Source: Candidatus Hinthialibacteria bacterium OLB16
GTDB taxonomy: Bacteria; Hinthialibacterota; Hinthialibacteria; OLB16
DNA: 64,000 bases
Direction of reading: 5' to 3'
Assembly (NCBI GenBank): GCA_001567115.1
Contig: LMZT01000169.1
Coordinates: 46 to 64,045, forward strand
The translations under genes were made by a program, and so were the position numbers. Shown here piece by piece: positions 9,469 to 19,196 of the stretch (its first letter is position 1; every line of letters starts with the position of its first letter). The notes under the pieces are model-generated. The model did not search any database and had not been told where the DNA came from. It saw only the letters and a list, made by a program, of their open reading frames with translations.

Positions 9469-10076
9469 AGGGATTTCAGAATCTCCCCACAATTGAGAAT
9501 CTGATCACTGAGCTGAACCGCCTCCCCGGCATCGGGCCGAAATCTGCGACTGCGCTGGCTTACCATCTCGTCCACCTTCCAGCGGAAAGGCTGAACCGCC
9601 TGGCAGAGACCATCTCGGCTATACCGGGAAAAATCCTGAACTGTTCGATCTGCGGCAATCTGACTGAAGAAAACCCCTGCCGGATTTGCTCCGATCCGGG
9701 CCGTGATCATACGATGATCTGTGTGGTTGAGAAACCAATGGATGTTCTTTCCATTGAGAGGACAGGAATTTATCGGGGACTGTACCATGTGCTGGGAGGA
9801 GTCCTGTCTCCTCTGGATGGAATTGGTCCGGCCCAGATTCGAATCCGTGAATTGCTTGAACGCCTCAAATCAGCGGAGGTCAAAGAAATCATTCTCGCCA
9901 CAAATCCCTCCATAGAAGGGGAGGCGACTGCCTCTTATCTGTGCGATACTATCGCCCCACTGGATCTTGGAATTACAGTTACCCGCTTTTCACGAGGTCT
10001 GCCGGTTGGTGGTGAACTGACCTACACAGATACCGAAACGCTTTCACTGGCTCTTCAGAGCAGAAAGCCTTTCTGA
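9465..10076 (+). CDS. recR: Recombination protein RecR
   Basis: RLPGIGPKSA HhH motif, C4 zinc finger CSICGNLTEENPCRICSD and a Toprim domain. Confidence 0.9.
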   Translation: MKGFQNLPTIENLITELNRLPGIGPKSATALAYHLVHLPAERLNRLAETISAIPGKILNCSICGNLTEENPCRICSDPGRDHTMICVVEKPMDVLSIERTGIYRGLYHVLGGVLSPLDGIGPAQIRIRELLERLKSAEVKEIILATNPSIEGEATASYLCDTIAPLDLGITVTRFSRGLPVGGELTYTDTETLSLALQSRKPF

Positions 10077-10207
10077 ATTTGCTCCACCAGGCAGCGGAGG
10101 TCTTTCCCCTTTGCCTTCCGGTCTTTTCTTGGCTTGGAATCTGCCTTCACTCTGAGGGTATTCAGGCACTGAAAAAAAAGAGCGAAATTTCAACATAAAC
10201 AAAACAA

Positions 10208-10235
10208 GCCCGCAGGGAACATCTCCTCTGCGGGC
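10208..10235. terminator. Stem-loop between convergent recR and anti-sigma genes
   Basis: GCCCGCAG-ggaacatctcct-CTGCGGGC (8-bp stem). Confidence 0.45.
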
Positions 10236-10265
10236 CTGCCGCTGCTACCGGAAATTTGATCTGTA

Positions 10266-12458
10266 TCAATTCGATTTGAGGTCTTTGGCCAATCCGATCA
10301 GCTGAATGAACTCGGAGCGGTATCCTTCCTTGTCCTGGCCTTTGCCCTGCTGAGCCAGGTTTAATGCCATATCGAAAGTTGCCCCGCCGCGAAAGGGGGA
10401 ATTTCTCAACACCATTCCGAAGGCGGCCACAGAGGCTGCGAACCGGAAATCCACAGAAGTGCTTTCCCAGCCCCCATTGGAATCGATTGCAGGAATTTCG
10501 AGCAGATGACTGTTGTCTTCAGCGGGAAGTTTATAACGCAGCTTGAGATTGAAGCTCTCCCGGCTCTGGACAGTCTCCAGGGGGCGCGGAGTTGGGTTGG
10601 CCTGGTATTTCAACGGGTCAACTCCAGCGACATTGACAGCGACCCCGACAGGAACAACCTCATACAGAGCGGTCAGTGTGTGGCCTGCGCCGATTTCACC
10701 GGCATCCTTGCGGTCATCATTGAAGTCCTGGGCAGCCATGATCCGATTTTCATAACCGATCAGGCGATATGCGCCAACAACTCCCGGATTGAATTCGACT
10801 TGAATTTTAACATCCTTGGCGATGGTGATCAGTGTTCCGGCGATCTGCTCAACCAGCACCTTACGGGCTTCCCGGAGGTTGTCGATGTAAGCGTAATTCC
10901 CATTTCCTTTGTCAGCCAGTGTTTCCAGAGTGGCATCTTTATAATTCCCCATCCCAAATCCAAGCACCGAAAGGAACACCCCTGATTTAGCCTTCTCGGT
11001 AATCAGGCTTTCCAGCTCCTCGGAAGAGGTGACACCTACATTGAAGTCCCCATCGGTGGCGAGGATGACCCGGTTGATGCCCTCTTTGATGAAGTTATCC
11101 AGAGCAGTTTTGTACGCCAGCTGGATGCCAGCAGCCCCATGGGTCGAGCCTCCCGCTTCCAGTTTTTCGATTGCTGCACGAATCGTGGCTTTATCGCTGC
11201 AGGCAGTCGATGGAAGCGCCAGCCCCGAATTGCCCGCATAAGTTACAATGGCGACCCGGTCGGTTTCTTTGAGCTGCCCCAGGAGAAGCTGCAACCCACT
11301 TTTCACTAATGGGAGCTTATTTTCCGGCTCCATGGATCCGGACACATCGATCAGAAAAACCAGATTGGCTGCGGGGCGCTGGGTCTCCGGGATTTCGCGA
11401 CCTTTGAGAGCGATTCTGGCCAGACGGTGTCCTGAGGCCCAGGGGCAGTCGGCCCATTCAATATGCACCGCAAAGGGTTCATCTCCTGCTGGCGGTGTAT
11501 AGTCATAAGGAAAGTAATTCAGGAGCTCTTCGATTCGGACCGCATCTCCAGGTGGCAGATCTCCCTGATCCAGGAATCGGCGCACATTGGAGTAAGATGC
11601 GGTATCCACGTCGATCGAAAAGGTCGAAAGCGGTTCATCCTGCGGCCTTCGAAATGGGTTATCAATGATCCCCGCATACACTTCCTGGCCTTCCGGTTGT
11701 TGAACCTCCTCAGGCCGTTCGAATCGGGCCTCACCTTCCCCCTTAGATTCCCATCGAACAGGTGATACCTCAACCAAAGAAGAATCTGGAGAGACGGCAT
11801 AATAAAAATCTTTGCCGGTTCGTTCTGAATGTGAGTGTTCATTCAAGGCAAGGCCGATTTCAGGCATTTTTCTGTTGAGCGACCCAGCCCGAGAAAACAT
11901 CTTTTGGAGGCTGGGAGGAGCCGCAGGTGGAACTACAGCGAGAGGTTCTGGCATAATGGGGCTGCTGGCAGGCAGTTCAACTGCCTTGGCCACCTGGATA
12001 CTTTCTGTCGGTTTCGTTTCATTTAGTGGTTGATTTGTTGAGGAGATCCCTGAAACAGATCCCTTCGGCTGCACCGATTCAGCAAGGTTCGGGCGAGAAC
12101 GGACTTTTAAATAATTGGGCTGTGCCAGCATCAGAATTCCGGCACAAAACAACAGGGCGCACATTCCCCAGGCGAGGCGGGGAAACAGAAAAGCCCCTCC
12201 CCACCATCCGCTGCGCTTTTCAACCGTTGCCTGTCCAGCACTGCCATGGATATGCCTCTTCTGCTCTTTCGTCAGAGCCGGAACCGGTTCTTTTTTCAAT
12301 TCAGCCGCAAGGACTCCTGCCAGTTCCCTGATCTCATGGATTGACTGCTGAGTTTCCGGGTCATTGGCAATCTCCTGCTCAAACTGCCGGCACTCGTTGC
12401 TGTCCATTTCATCGAGGGCGTATGCGGTCAAACGGGGATCATCTGGATTGATTTTCAT
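10266..12458 (-). CDS. Anti-sigma factor fused to a periplasmic von Willebrand factor A domain (YfbK-like)
   Basis: 730 aa. N-terminal anti-sigma domain (MKINPDDPRLTAYALDEMDSNECRQFE), one TM helix, a YfbK-type N-terminal region (NPFRRPQDEPLSTFSIDVDTASY) and a vWA MIDAS (LVFLIDVSGSM ... ILATDGDFN). 13-nt gap to the upstream ECF sigma gene. Confidence 0.8.
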   Translation of the reverse strand: MKINPDDPRLTAYALDEMDSNECRQFEQEIANDPETQQSIHEIRELAGVLAAELKKEPVPALTKEQKRHIHGSAGQATVEKRSGWWGGAFLFPRLAWGMCALLFCAGILMLAQPNYLKVRSRPNLAESVQPKGSVSGISSTNQPLNETKPTESIQVAKAVELPASSPIMPEPLAVVPPAAPPSLQKMFSRAGSLNRKMPEIGLALNEHSHSERTGKDFYYAVSPDSSLVEVSPVRWESKGEGEARFERPEEVQQPEGQEVYAGIIDNPFRRPQDEPLSTFSIDVDTASYSNVRRFLDQGDLPPGDAVRIEELLNYFPYDYTPPAGDEPFAVHIEWADCPWASGHRLARIALKGREIPETQRPAANLVFLIDVSGSMEPENKLPLVKSGLQLLLGQLKETDRVAIVTYAGNSGLALPSTACSDKATIRAAIEKLEAGGSTHGAAGIQLAYKTALDNFIKEGINRVILATDGDFNVGVTSSEELESLITEKAKSGVFLSVLGFGMGNYKDATLETLADKGNGNYAYIDNLREARKVLVEQIAGTLITIAKDVKIQVEFNPGVVGAYRLIGYENRIMAAQDFNDDRKDAGEIGAGHTLTALYEVVPVGVAVNVAGVDPLKYQANPTPRPLETVQSRESFNLKLRYKLPAEDNSHLLEIPAIDSNGGWESTSVDFRFAASVAAFGMVLRNSPFRGGATFDMALNLAQQGKGQDKEGYRSEFIQLIGLAKDLKSN

Positions 12459-12470
12459 GGTCGTCCTCCT

Positions 12471-13019
12471 TTACACCTGCAGACTGTCGTGTGACAGCCG
12501 CTGACGAAGTGTTTTCATTCCGGCATGGATCAGAACTCCCACATGGCTGATGGAGTGGCCGGTAATTTCACTGATTTCGCGATAGGAAAGCCCTTCCTGG
12601 AATTTGAGACGGATCACCTCCTGCTGGTTTGACGGGAGGCCTCCCAGGGCTTTATAGACATGATGAACTTTCTGTTTGTTATCGAGTTGTTCGGATGGAC
12701 TGGGAGACTGGTTTTCCAGAACAGCCAACTCGGTGTCTTCCAACTGGCTCATACGATTCTCCTTTCTGAGCACATCGAGGGCACGATTTCGGCAGACCCG
12801 GAATAACCAGGCCGGGAGATGATCCCTGACCTGTTGTGACCTTTCCGCACATAACTTCAGAAAGGTGTCCTGGACCACATCCCGTGCTGATTCGATGCTG
12901 CCGAGAAACCTGTGAGCGTAACGGATCAATGGTCCCTCATACTGGTCAAGCGCGGCGCGGATCCACTCTTTATCGTCCCTGTTTGTTTCGGTTCCCATTT
13001 TCCCTCCGGAGGTTTTCAA
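12471..13019 (-). CDS. RNA polymerase sigma-70 factor, ECF subfamily
   Basis: 182 aa; region 2 (DVVQDTFLKL ... WLFRVCRNRALD) and region 4 HTH (LSYREISEITGHSISHV). Confidence 0.85.
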   Translation of the reverse strand: MKTSGGKMGTETNRDDKEWIRAALDQYEGPLIRYAHRFLGSIESARDVVQDTFLKLCAERSQQVRDHLPAWLFRVCRNRALDVLRKENRMSQLEDTELAVLENQSPSPSEQLDNKQKVHHVYKALGGLPSNQQEVIRLKFQEGLSYREISEITGHSISHVGVLIHAGMKTLRQRLSHDSLQV

Positions 13020-13303
13020 CCGATTCTACCTTTTAATACGGCTGACCCGGAATTTTCTTAGCAGGATTTTTTCCTGAAAGCTTTTGTTGAAGAGGAAACT
13101 GGCCTGAGATGACACGCCCCTCATGTGCATTGCAAGTCCTCATTGGATTGGGAAGTCCATCAAACCATTGAATATGGCCGATAACGAGTACAGATATTCG
13201 AGTATTTGGGTTGACTCTCATTTCGGTGCAGTTCTAACCTGCTCTAAAAGAAAAGGATATTCTTCGAAAAGTATGTCCAAATCGCTGCGATAACCGGAAG
13301 GAG

Positions 13304-14713
13304 TTGGCTATGAGCTGCACATTCGGGGTTGTTGTTGGCAATCGTGGTTTTTTTCCGGATGAACTGGCCCGGACCGGGAGAGAGGAGATCCTCGATGCTT
13401 TGAAAAGAGCGGGGCACAAGGCGATCTGCCTGACACCCGAGGAGACCAGGTACGGCTCAGTTGAGACTCGTGAAGATGCCAGAAGATGCGCCAGCCTTTT
13501 TCGCGAGCATTCCAGCGACATTATCGGCATCATTGTTACACTGCCCAATTTCGGGGATGAAAAGGGGATTGCGGAAACCATCCGGATGGCTGCGCTGGAT
13601 GTTCCGGTCCTGGTTCAGGCGACCCCGGATGATCCCAAAGCCTGCGATATCAAAAACCGCAGGGATTCATTTTGTGGAAAGATGTCGGCCTGCAACAACC
13701 TTCGCCAGTATGGCATTCCATTCAGCCTGACTCAAAGCCACACGGTTCACCCGTTGACCGATGAGTTCCAGGCCGATCTGGACTCCTTCGCGGGGGTCTG
13801 CCGGGTGGTAAAAGGAATGAAACATGTACGGGTCGGCGCAATCGGAGCACGTCCGGCTGCATTCAATACAGTCCGGTACAGCGAAAAGATCCTTGAAAGC
13901 CATGGCATCTCAGTTGAGACACTCGATCTCTCGGAAGTTTTTGGAAGAGCCGCCAGGCTGGGTGATGCCGATGCGAAAGTTCGAGAAAAAATTGCCATCC
14001 TGCGGGATTATGTGAATACAGAAGGAATCATCGATATCCATATCCTCAAGATGGCCAAACTGGGAGTGGTCATCGATGAATATATCGAAGCCAATGAACT
14101 CGATATCTGTGCAGTCCAGTGCTGGACCTCCATGGAGGAATACTATGGGGTCGTCCCATGTGCTCTGATGAGCCTGTTGAGCAACTCCCTCTTTTCGAGC
14201 GCCTGTGAAGTCGATGTAACCGGAGCACTGGGCATGCATGCCCTGAGGCTTGCGACAGGCTCTCCGAGTGCGATTCTCGACTGGAACAACAATTATGGAG
14301 ATGATCCGGACAAATGTGTTGTTTTTCACTGCAGCAACATCCCGCGCCATTTCCTGGAGAATCCCGCCATGGACTACCAGAACATCATTGCGGGCAGTGT
14401 CGGGAAAGAAAACACTTTTGGAACTATTATCGGACGGATCAAAACAGGCCCACTCACCTTCACACGCTTTTCGACCGAAGATGAGCTGGGGTCCATTCGG
14501 GCATACCTGGGAGAAGGAGAGTTTGTGAATGACAGCCTGAAGACCTTCGGTGGATATGGGGTTGCCCATATTCCGAATCTGCAGGATCTTCTGAGATTCA
14601 TCTGCAGGAATGGTTTTGAGCATCATGTCGCCATGAGTCTGTCGAGCTGCGCTCCAATCCTGTTTGAGGCCTTCACTCAGTACCTTGGGTACGACACATA
14701 TTACCATCGATGA
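13304..14713 (+). CDS. L-fucose/L-arabinose isomerase family protein; genomic context suggests L-arabinose isomerase
   Basis: 469 aa FucI-like fold protein, placed directly upstream of araB/araD homologs. Confidence 0.65.
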   Translation: MAMSCTFGVVVGNRGFFPDELARTGREEILDALKRAGHKAICLTPEETRYGSVETREDARRCASLFREHSSDIIGIIVTLPNFGDEKGIAETIRMAALDVPVLVQATPDDPKACDIKNRRDSFCGKMSACNNLRQYGIPFSLTQSHTVHPLTDEFQADLDSFAGVCRVVKGMKHVRVGAIGARPAAFNTVRYSEKILESHGISVETLDLSEVFGRAARLGDADAKVREKIAILRDYVNTEGIIDIHILKMAKLGVVIDEYIEANELDICAVQCWTSMEEYYGVVPCALMSLLSNSLFSSACEVDVTGALGMHALRLATGSPSAILDWNNNYGDDPDKCVVFHCSNIPRHFLENPAMDYQNIIAGSVGKENTFGTIIGRIKTGPLTFTRFSTEDELGSIRAYLGEGEFVNDSLKTFGGYGVAHIPNLQDLLRFICRNGFEHHVAMSLSSCAPILFEAFTQYLGYDTYYHR

Positions 14714-14736
14714 ATACAGGGCGATCCGGAGAAATC

Positions 14737-15791
14737 AGGTGAAACAGGCAGTTCTCTGCGGCCCCCGCAGATTTGAGATTCGATCCGAAAAGGCCCCGAT
14801 TCCCGGTTCGGGAGAGGCGCTGATCCGAATTGGACTGGTGGGGATTTGCGGCTCCGATATGCATCTGTATCGTGATGGCCGGATCGGAGAGATCCGCATG
14901 GATTCTGCTTTTGTCATCGGCCATGAATGCATGGGAACTGTCGAGGATGTCGGTCCGGGGGAGGACAGTTCATGGGTCGGAAAACGAGTCGCAATCGAGC
15001 CGGCCCTGCATTGCGGGCTTTGCGAATACTGCTGTGCCGGCCATGCCAACCTCTGCCCCCGGGTGGCATTTCTGGGCCTGCCTCCAACAAGCGGGGCGAT
15101 GACAGAACTCATGACATACCCACTTCACCTTCTGGAGCCTCTCTCAGATACGATCACAGATGAGGGCGCGGTGGTTCTCGAACCACTGGCGGTCGCACTT
15201 CATGCGATCCGCCTGGTCAAAGTTCAACCTGGACAGACCATCGTGATTCTTGGGACTGGAGTATTGGGAACCTGTGTCCTGTCGCTTCTTTCTCTCTATC
15301 GTGGAGTGGAAACCCTGTGTGTTGATATCCTGCCGGACCGCCTTGCCAGGGCTGAGAAGCTGGGGGCTTCCAGAACCCTGCTGGCCCGGGCTGGCGATCG
15401 GAAAAGGATTGCCGGAGAGATAATGGAGCTCACCCGGGGAAGGGGAGCGCAGGTGGTTTTCGAATGCGCCGGTTCAGAAGAAACTCTCTGGAATATGGCT
15501 GAGGTTGCAGCGGCTGGTGGCCATGTCGCAGTTATCGGGACAAATCCCGAGGACCGGATCGGCTTTGCCAGTGGCAGCGCACGGCGCAAAGGTTTGACAT
15601 TCCGATTTGTCAGGCGCAGCTTGAATACCCTCAAGCCATGTATTTCTCTCGCGGAGAAAGGGCTGATTTCTCCGGGAGAACTGGTCACCCACACCTTTAA
15701 GGCTTCACAGGTCGGGGAAGCCTTTGAAATGGTGGACCGTTACGAGGATGGGATCCTTAAGGCGGTCATAGATATGACAAAATGGTCATAA
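14737..15791 (+). CDS. Zinc-dependent alcohol (polyol) dehydrogenase, MDR family (sorbitol/L-arabinitol dehydrogenase-like)
   Basis: GICGSDMHLY and GHECMG catalytic Zn motifs, CGLCEYCCAGHANLC structural Zn, Rossmann ILGTGVLG; start set at GTG 14737 after AGG. Confidence 0.75.
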
Positions 15792-15843
15792 CGGGAAAAT
15801 CGTATCCCGGCAGGTTTCACTAAAAGAGGAGGCGGGAAAAGTC

Positions 15844-17532
15844 ATGAGTCATTATGCCCTCGGACTGGATTTCGGTACCAATTCGGTGCGTGCATTAATT
15901 GTCGATACCCACACAGGAGAGGAAGTGGAAACCTCTGTCTGGAATTACTCACATGGCGAATCAGGGATTCTCATCGATCCGAAAGATCCGCTGCTTGCAC
16001 GCCAGCATCCACAGGATTATATCGATGGAACCATTGCCAGTACCCGGGCGGCCCTCGAGGATGCCCGGAAAACCAAATCCTTCTCTCCACAGGATATTAT
16101 CGGGATCGGTGTCGATACCACAGGGAGCACTCCCCTGCCTGTTGATTCGGAGGGAATTCCATTAGCACTCGATTCCAGATTCGCGAATAATCTCTCAGCG
16201 ATGGCCTGGTTGTGGAAGGATCATACCGGCCATTCCGAAGCCGAAGAGATCACAAGAATGGCCGCAGCACAACACCCCGAGTATCTGGCGAAATGTGGGG
16301 GAACCTATTCATCCGAATGGCTCTGGTCCAAGGTCCTGCACTGCCTCAGGACTTCCCCGGAAGTGTATCAGGCTGCTGCTTCATGGGTTGAAATTGCTGA
16401 CTGGATCCCGGCCTTCCTGACCGGCACTGCCCATCCCTCCAAAATCAGGCGGGGGATTTGCGCCGCTGGCCATAAAGCGATGTTCAATCCAGCCTGGAAA
16501 GGGTATCCCGATGTGGAATTTCTGGCAGGGATTGAACCGGACCTTGCGAAGCTGCGCAATTCATTGCCGGATCAGGCTTACACTGTGGCCGATACCGCCG
16601 GGCAGCTGACAGAGGAATATGCCGGCAAACTGGGCCTGCGCCCTGGCATCCCGGTCGCTGTTGGCGCATTCGATGCTCACCTTGGGGCAGTTGGCTGCGG
16701 AATTACCCCCGGAGTTCTGGTAAAGATCATCGGAACCTCGACCTGCGACATGATGGTTTCACCATTCGATCAGAACCTGGCGGATATTCCAGGCCTGTGC
16801 GGCATCGTGCCAGGATCCATCCTTCCCGGTTCTTTTGGCCTTGAGGCGGGGCAGTCCGCAGTTGGGGATATCTTCAACTGGTTTGTCAATTCAATGCGCC
16901 CGGGTGGACCAGAGGCTGGTTCACATGAAGCATTGACCCGGGGAGCTGAAGTTCTCAAACCTGGAGAATCAGGGCTTCTTGGCCTCGACTGGCATAATGG
17001 AAACCGCACAGTCCTGGTTGACCAGCGTCTGACTGGAGCGCTGTTCGGCATGACTTTGCATACCACCCCTGCTGAGATCTACAGAACCCTGATTGAATCG
17101 ACCGCTTTCGGGGCGCGTGTCATTCTTGAACGATTTGAAGAATATGGAGTCAAGGTCGAGCGGGTTGTCAACTGTGGCGGAATTTCGATCAAGAACCCGC
17201 TGGTCATGCAAATCCTTGCCGATGTAACCAGCCGGACCATGGAGGTCTCACGCAGTGAGCAGACCTGCGCTTTGGGGGCAGCCATGGCGGGTGCGGTGGT
17301 TGCCGGTGCTTCCTCAGGCGGTCATGCCGATTTCGCTTCCGCCGCAAAGGCAATGACCGGGATCCGGGATAAGAAATACATCCCTGATCCGAAGGCAGTG
17401 GCTGTCTATGAGCAGCTTTTCAGACTGTACCGCAGACTCCATGATATTTTCGGGACACATCAGTATGGCGAGAATCAGTTCAGCCTGATGAAGGACCTGA
17501 TGGCTATTCGCGACAAGGTGCGTGGAGTGTGA
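15844..17532 (+). CDS. araB: Ribulokinase (FGGY family)
   Basis: 562 aa, collinear with E. coli AraB: LGLDFGTNSVRALIVD, GIGVDTTGSTP, YSSEWLWSKVLH, GAFDAHLGAVG, CALGAAMAGAV. Confidence 0.9.
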   Translation: MSHYALGLDFGTNSVRALIVDTHTGEEVETSVWNYSHGESGILIDPKDPLLARQHPQDYIDGTIASTRAALEDARKTKSFSPQDIIGIGVDTTGSTPLPVDSEGIPLALDSRFANNLSAMAWLWKDHTGHSEAEEITRMAAAQHPEYLAKCGGTYSSEWLWSKVLHCLRTSPEVYQAAASWVEIADWIPAFLTGTAHPSKIRRGICAAGHKAMFNPAWKGYPDVEFLAGIEPDLAKLRNSLPDQAYTVADTAGQLTEEYAGKLGLRPGIPVAVGAFDAHLGAVGCGITPGVLVKIIGTSTCDMMVSPFDQNLADIPGLCGIVPGSILPGSFGLEAGQSAVGDIFNWFVNSMRPGGPEAGSHEALTRGAEVLKPGESGLLGLDWHNGNRTVLVDQRLTGALFGMTLHTTPAEIYRTLIESTAFGARVILERFEEYGVKVERVVNCGGISIKNPLVMQILADVTSRTMEVSRSEQTCALGAAMAGAVVAGASSGGHADFASAAKAMTGIRDKKYIPDPKAVAVYEQLFRLYRRLHDIFGTHQYGENQFSLMKDLMAIRDKVRGV

Positions 17533-18260
17533 ATTACAGAAAACTGCGTGAGAATGTCTGCAGAATGAACCTCGAGATTGTCGAGGCCGGTCTGGTGTTG
17601 CTGACCTGGGGCAATGCCAGCGCAGTGGACAGAGAAAATGGAGTCCTGGCCATCAAGCCCAGCGGAATCGACTACAGGCAGCTGGCTCCCGAACACATTG
17701 TCATTGTCTCCCTGGCAAATGGGCAACCAATGGGTGGGGATCTGCGGCCATCCTCGGATACCCCAACCCATCTGGAACTCTATCGGAGTTTTCTGGAGGT
17801 CGCTGCGATTGTCCACACTCATTCACAATCCGCGACAGCCTTTGCTCAGGCGGGCCTGCCTGTGCCCTGTTTTGGCACCACACAGGCAGACCACTTCTGT
17901 GGTGATATTCCTGTGACACGTCCACTCACCCGGAAAGAGGTGGAACAGGAATACGAGGCCAATACCGGCAGGGTCATTGTCGAGTGCTTCCAGACCCGCA
18001 ATCTCGATCCCTCTCATGTTCCTGGAGTTCTGGTGAACCAGCATGGCCCCTTTGCCTGGGGAAATGGATGTCGTAGTGCGGTTGAAAACGCCATGGTCCT
18101 CGAGGCCTGTGCCCAGATGGCTCTCTCCTCGAAAAGGTTAAACCCGGCTCTCGGATCGATCCCCGAGTTCCTGCTGCATAAGCATTTCTTTCGCAAGCAT
18201 GGGGCAGGAGCCTACTATGGACAGGGGAACCATGTTTCCAGCCAGCCCGATGGAATATAG
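17529..18260 (+). CDS. araD: L-ribulose-5-phosphate 4-epimerase
   Basis: LTWGNASAVDRE, KPSGIDY, PSSDTPTH, IVHTHS, HGPFAWG and KHFFRKHGAGAYYGQ all match AraD; GTG start overlaps the araB stop. Confidence 0.9.
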   Translation: MNYRKLRENVCRMNLEIVEAGLVLLTWGNASAVDRENGVLAIKPSGIDYRQLAPEHIVIVSLANGQPMGGDLRPSSDTPTHLELYRSFLEVAAIVHTHSQSATAFAQAGLPVPCFGTTQADHFCGDIPVTRPLTRKEVEQEYEANTGRVIVECFQTRNLDPSHVPGVLVNQHGPFAWGNGCRSAVENAMVLEACAQMALSSKRLNPALGSIPEFLLHKHFFRKHGAGAYYGQGNHVSSQPDGI

Positions 18261-18277
18261 GGCACAGGCATCCCGCA

Positions 18278-19171
18278 ATGCATCGGCTTAAAAACCGCAT
18301 CAAATGGATCCTCCAGCGAATCCTGGGGTTCCAGGGCTATCTGCTGGTTTTTTCGTTCTTCAAAATCATCACTTTCCGTTGGGATCGTGCCGAAGGAGAA
18401 GCCTTCCGGCATTTCCTGACACTGCTGCCGGGGAAGGGAATCCTCATCGATGCGGGGGCGAATATCGGAATCATGACCGTCCTGGCAGCAAGGCGGTTTC
18501 CTCAGGTGGTGATCCATGCATTCGAACCCCTTCCGCCCAATTTCCAGGCTCTGTCAAGAATTGTGGACCTGTTCCGGTTGAAAAATGTCGTCCTGCATCC
18601 AGCAGGTCTTGGGGCCAGTGAACAGCAGGTTCAGATGCGGCTGCCGATTGTGGATGGAATTCGCCAGCAGGGAATCAGCCATGTACTCGATGGTCGGGAG
18701 GTGGATCATTCCGGCAGTGATTACAATGTCCGTCTCGAAACAATCGATCAGCACTTCCATGAGTGTGGTGGGCGTGTTGTTGGCCTCAAGGTGGATGTCG
18801 AAGATTATGAGCGATTTGTTTTCGAGGGAGCCAGGAAGGTCCTCCAGCGCGACCACCCCTGGATTTATGCCGAGCTGTGGGAGTCGGACAACCGTGAGGC
18901 CTGCTTCCGCCTGTTGGAGCCGTTGGGATATACCGCCTGGGTGTGGAGCCGGGCGGAGAAAAAACTGGTGGTTTTTAACCACGCCGATTCGAATGCGTTG
19001 TATTTTTTCTTCAACCCCCAGCTGGTGTGTGAGGGAGCGCTGCCCAGTTCATCATCCTTTCGAGCAAGCCCTCTTTCCTCATGGAACCTGAAATTCCTAT
19101 TTCCCCTGTTCTCTCCCGGCATTCCTGTGGTTATATTCCTTTTAATCGGACCTTATGCCATCCGAAATTGA
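18278..19171 (+). CDS. FkbM family methyltransferase
   Basis: LIDAGANIGIMTVLAARRFPQVVIHAFEP SAM-binding motif; the C-terminal 40 aa may be read-through. Confidence 0.65.
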   Translation: MHRLKNRIKWILQRILGFQGYLLVFSFFKIITFRWDRAEGEAFRHFLTLLPGKGILIDAGANIGIMTVLAARRFPQVVIHAFEPLPPNFQALSRIVDLFRLKNVVLHPAGLGASEQQVQMRLPIVDGIRQQGISHVLDGREVDHSGSDYNVRLETIDQHFHECGGRVVGLKVDVEDYERFVFEGARKVLQRDHPWIYAELWESDNREACFRLLEPLGYTAWVWSRAEKKLVVFNHADSNALYFFFNPQLVCEGALPSSSSFRASPLSSWNLKFLFPLFSPGIPVVIFLLIGPYAIRN

Positions 19172-19196
19172 TAAAGAACCGATTGGAGCGAAAAAC

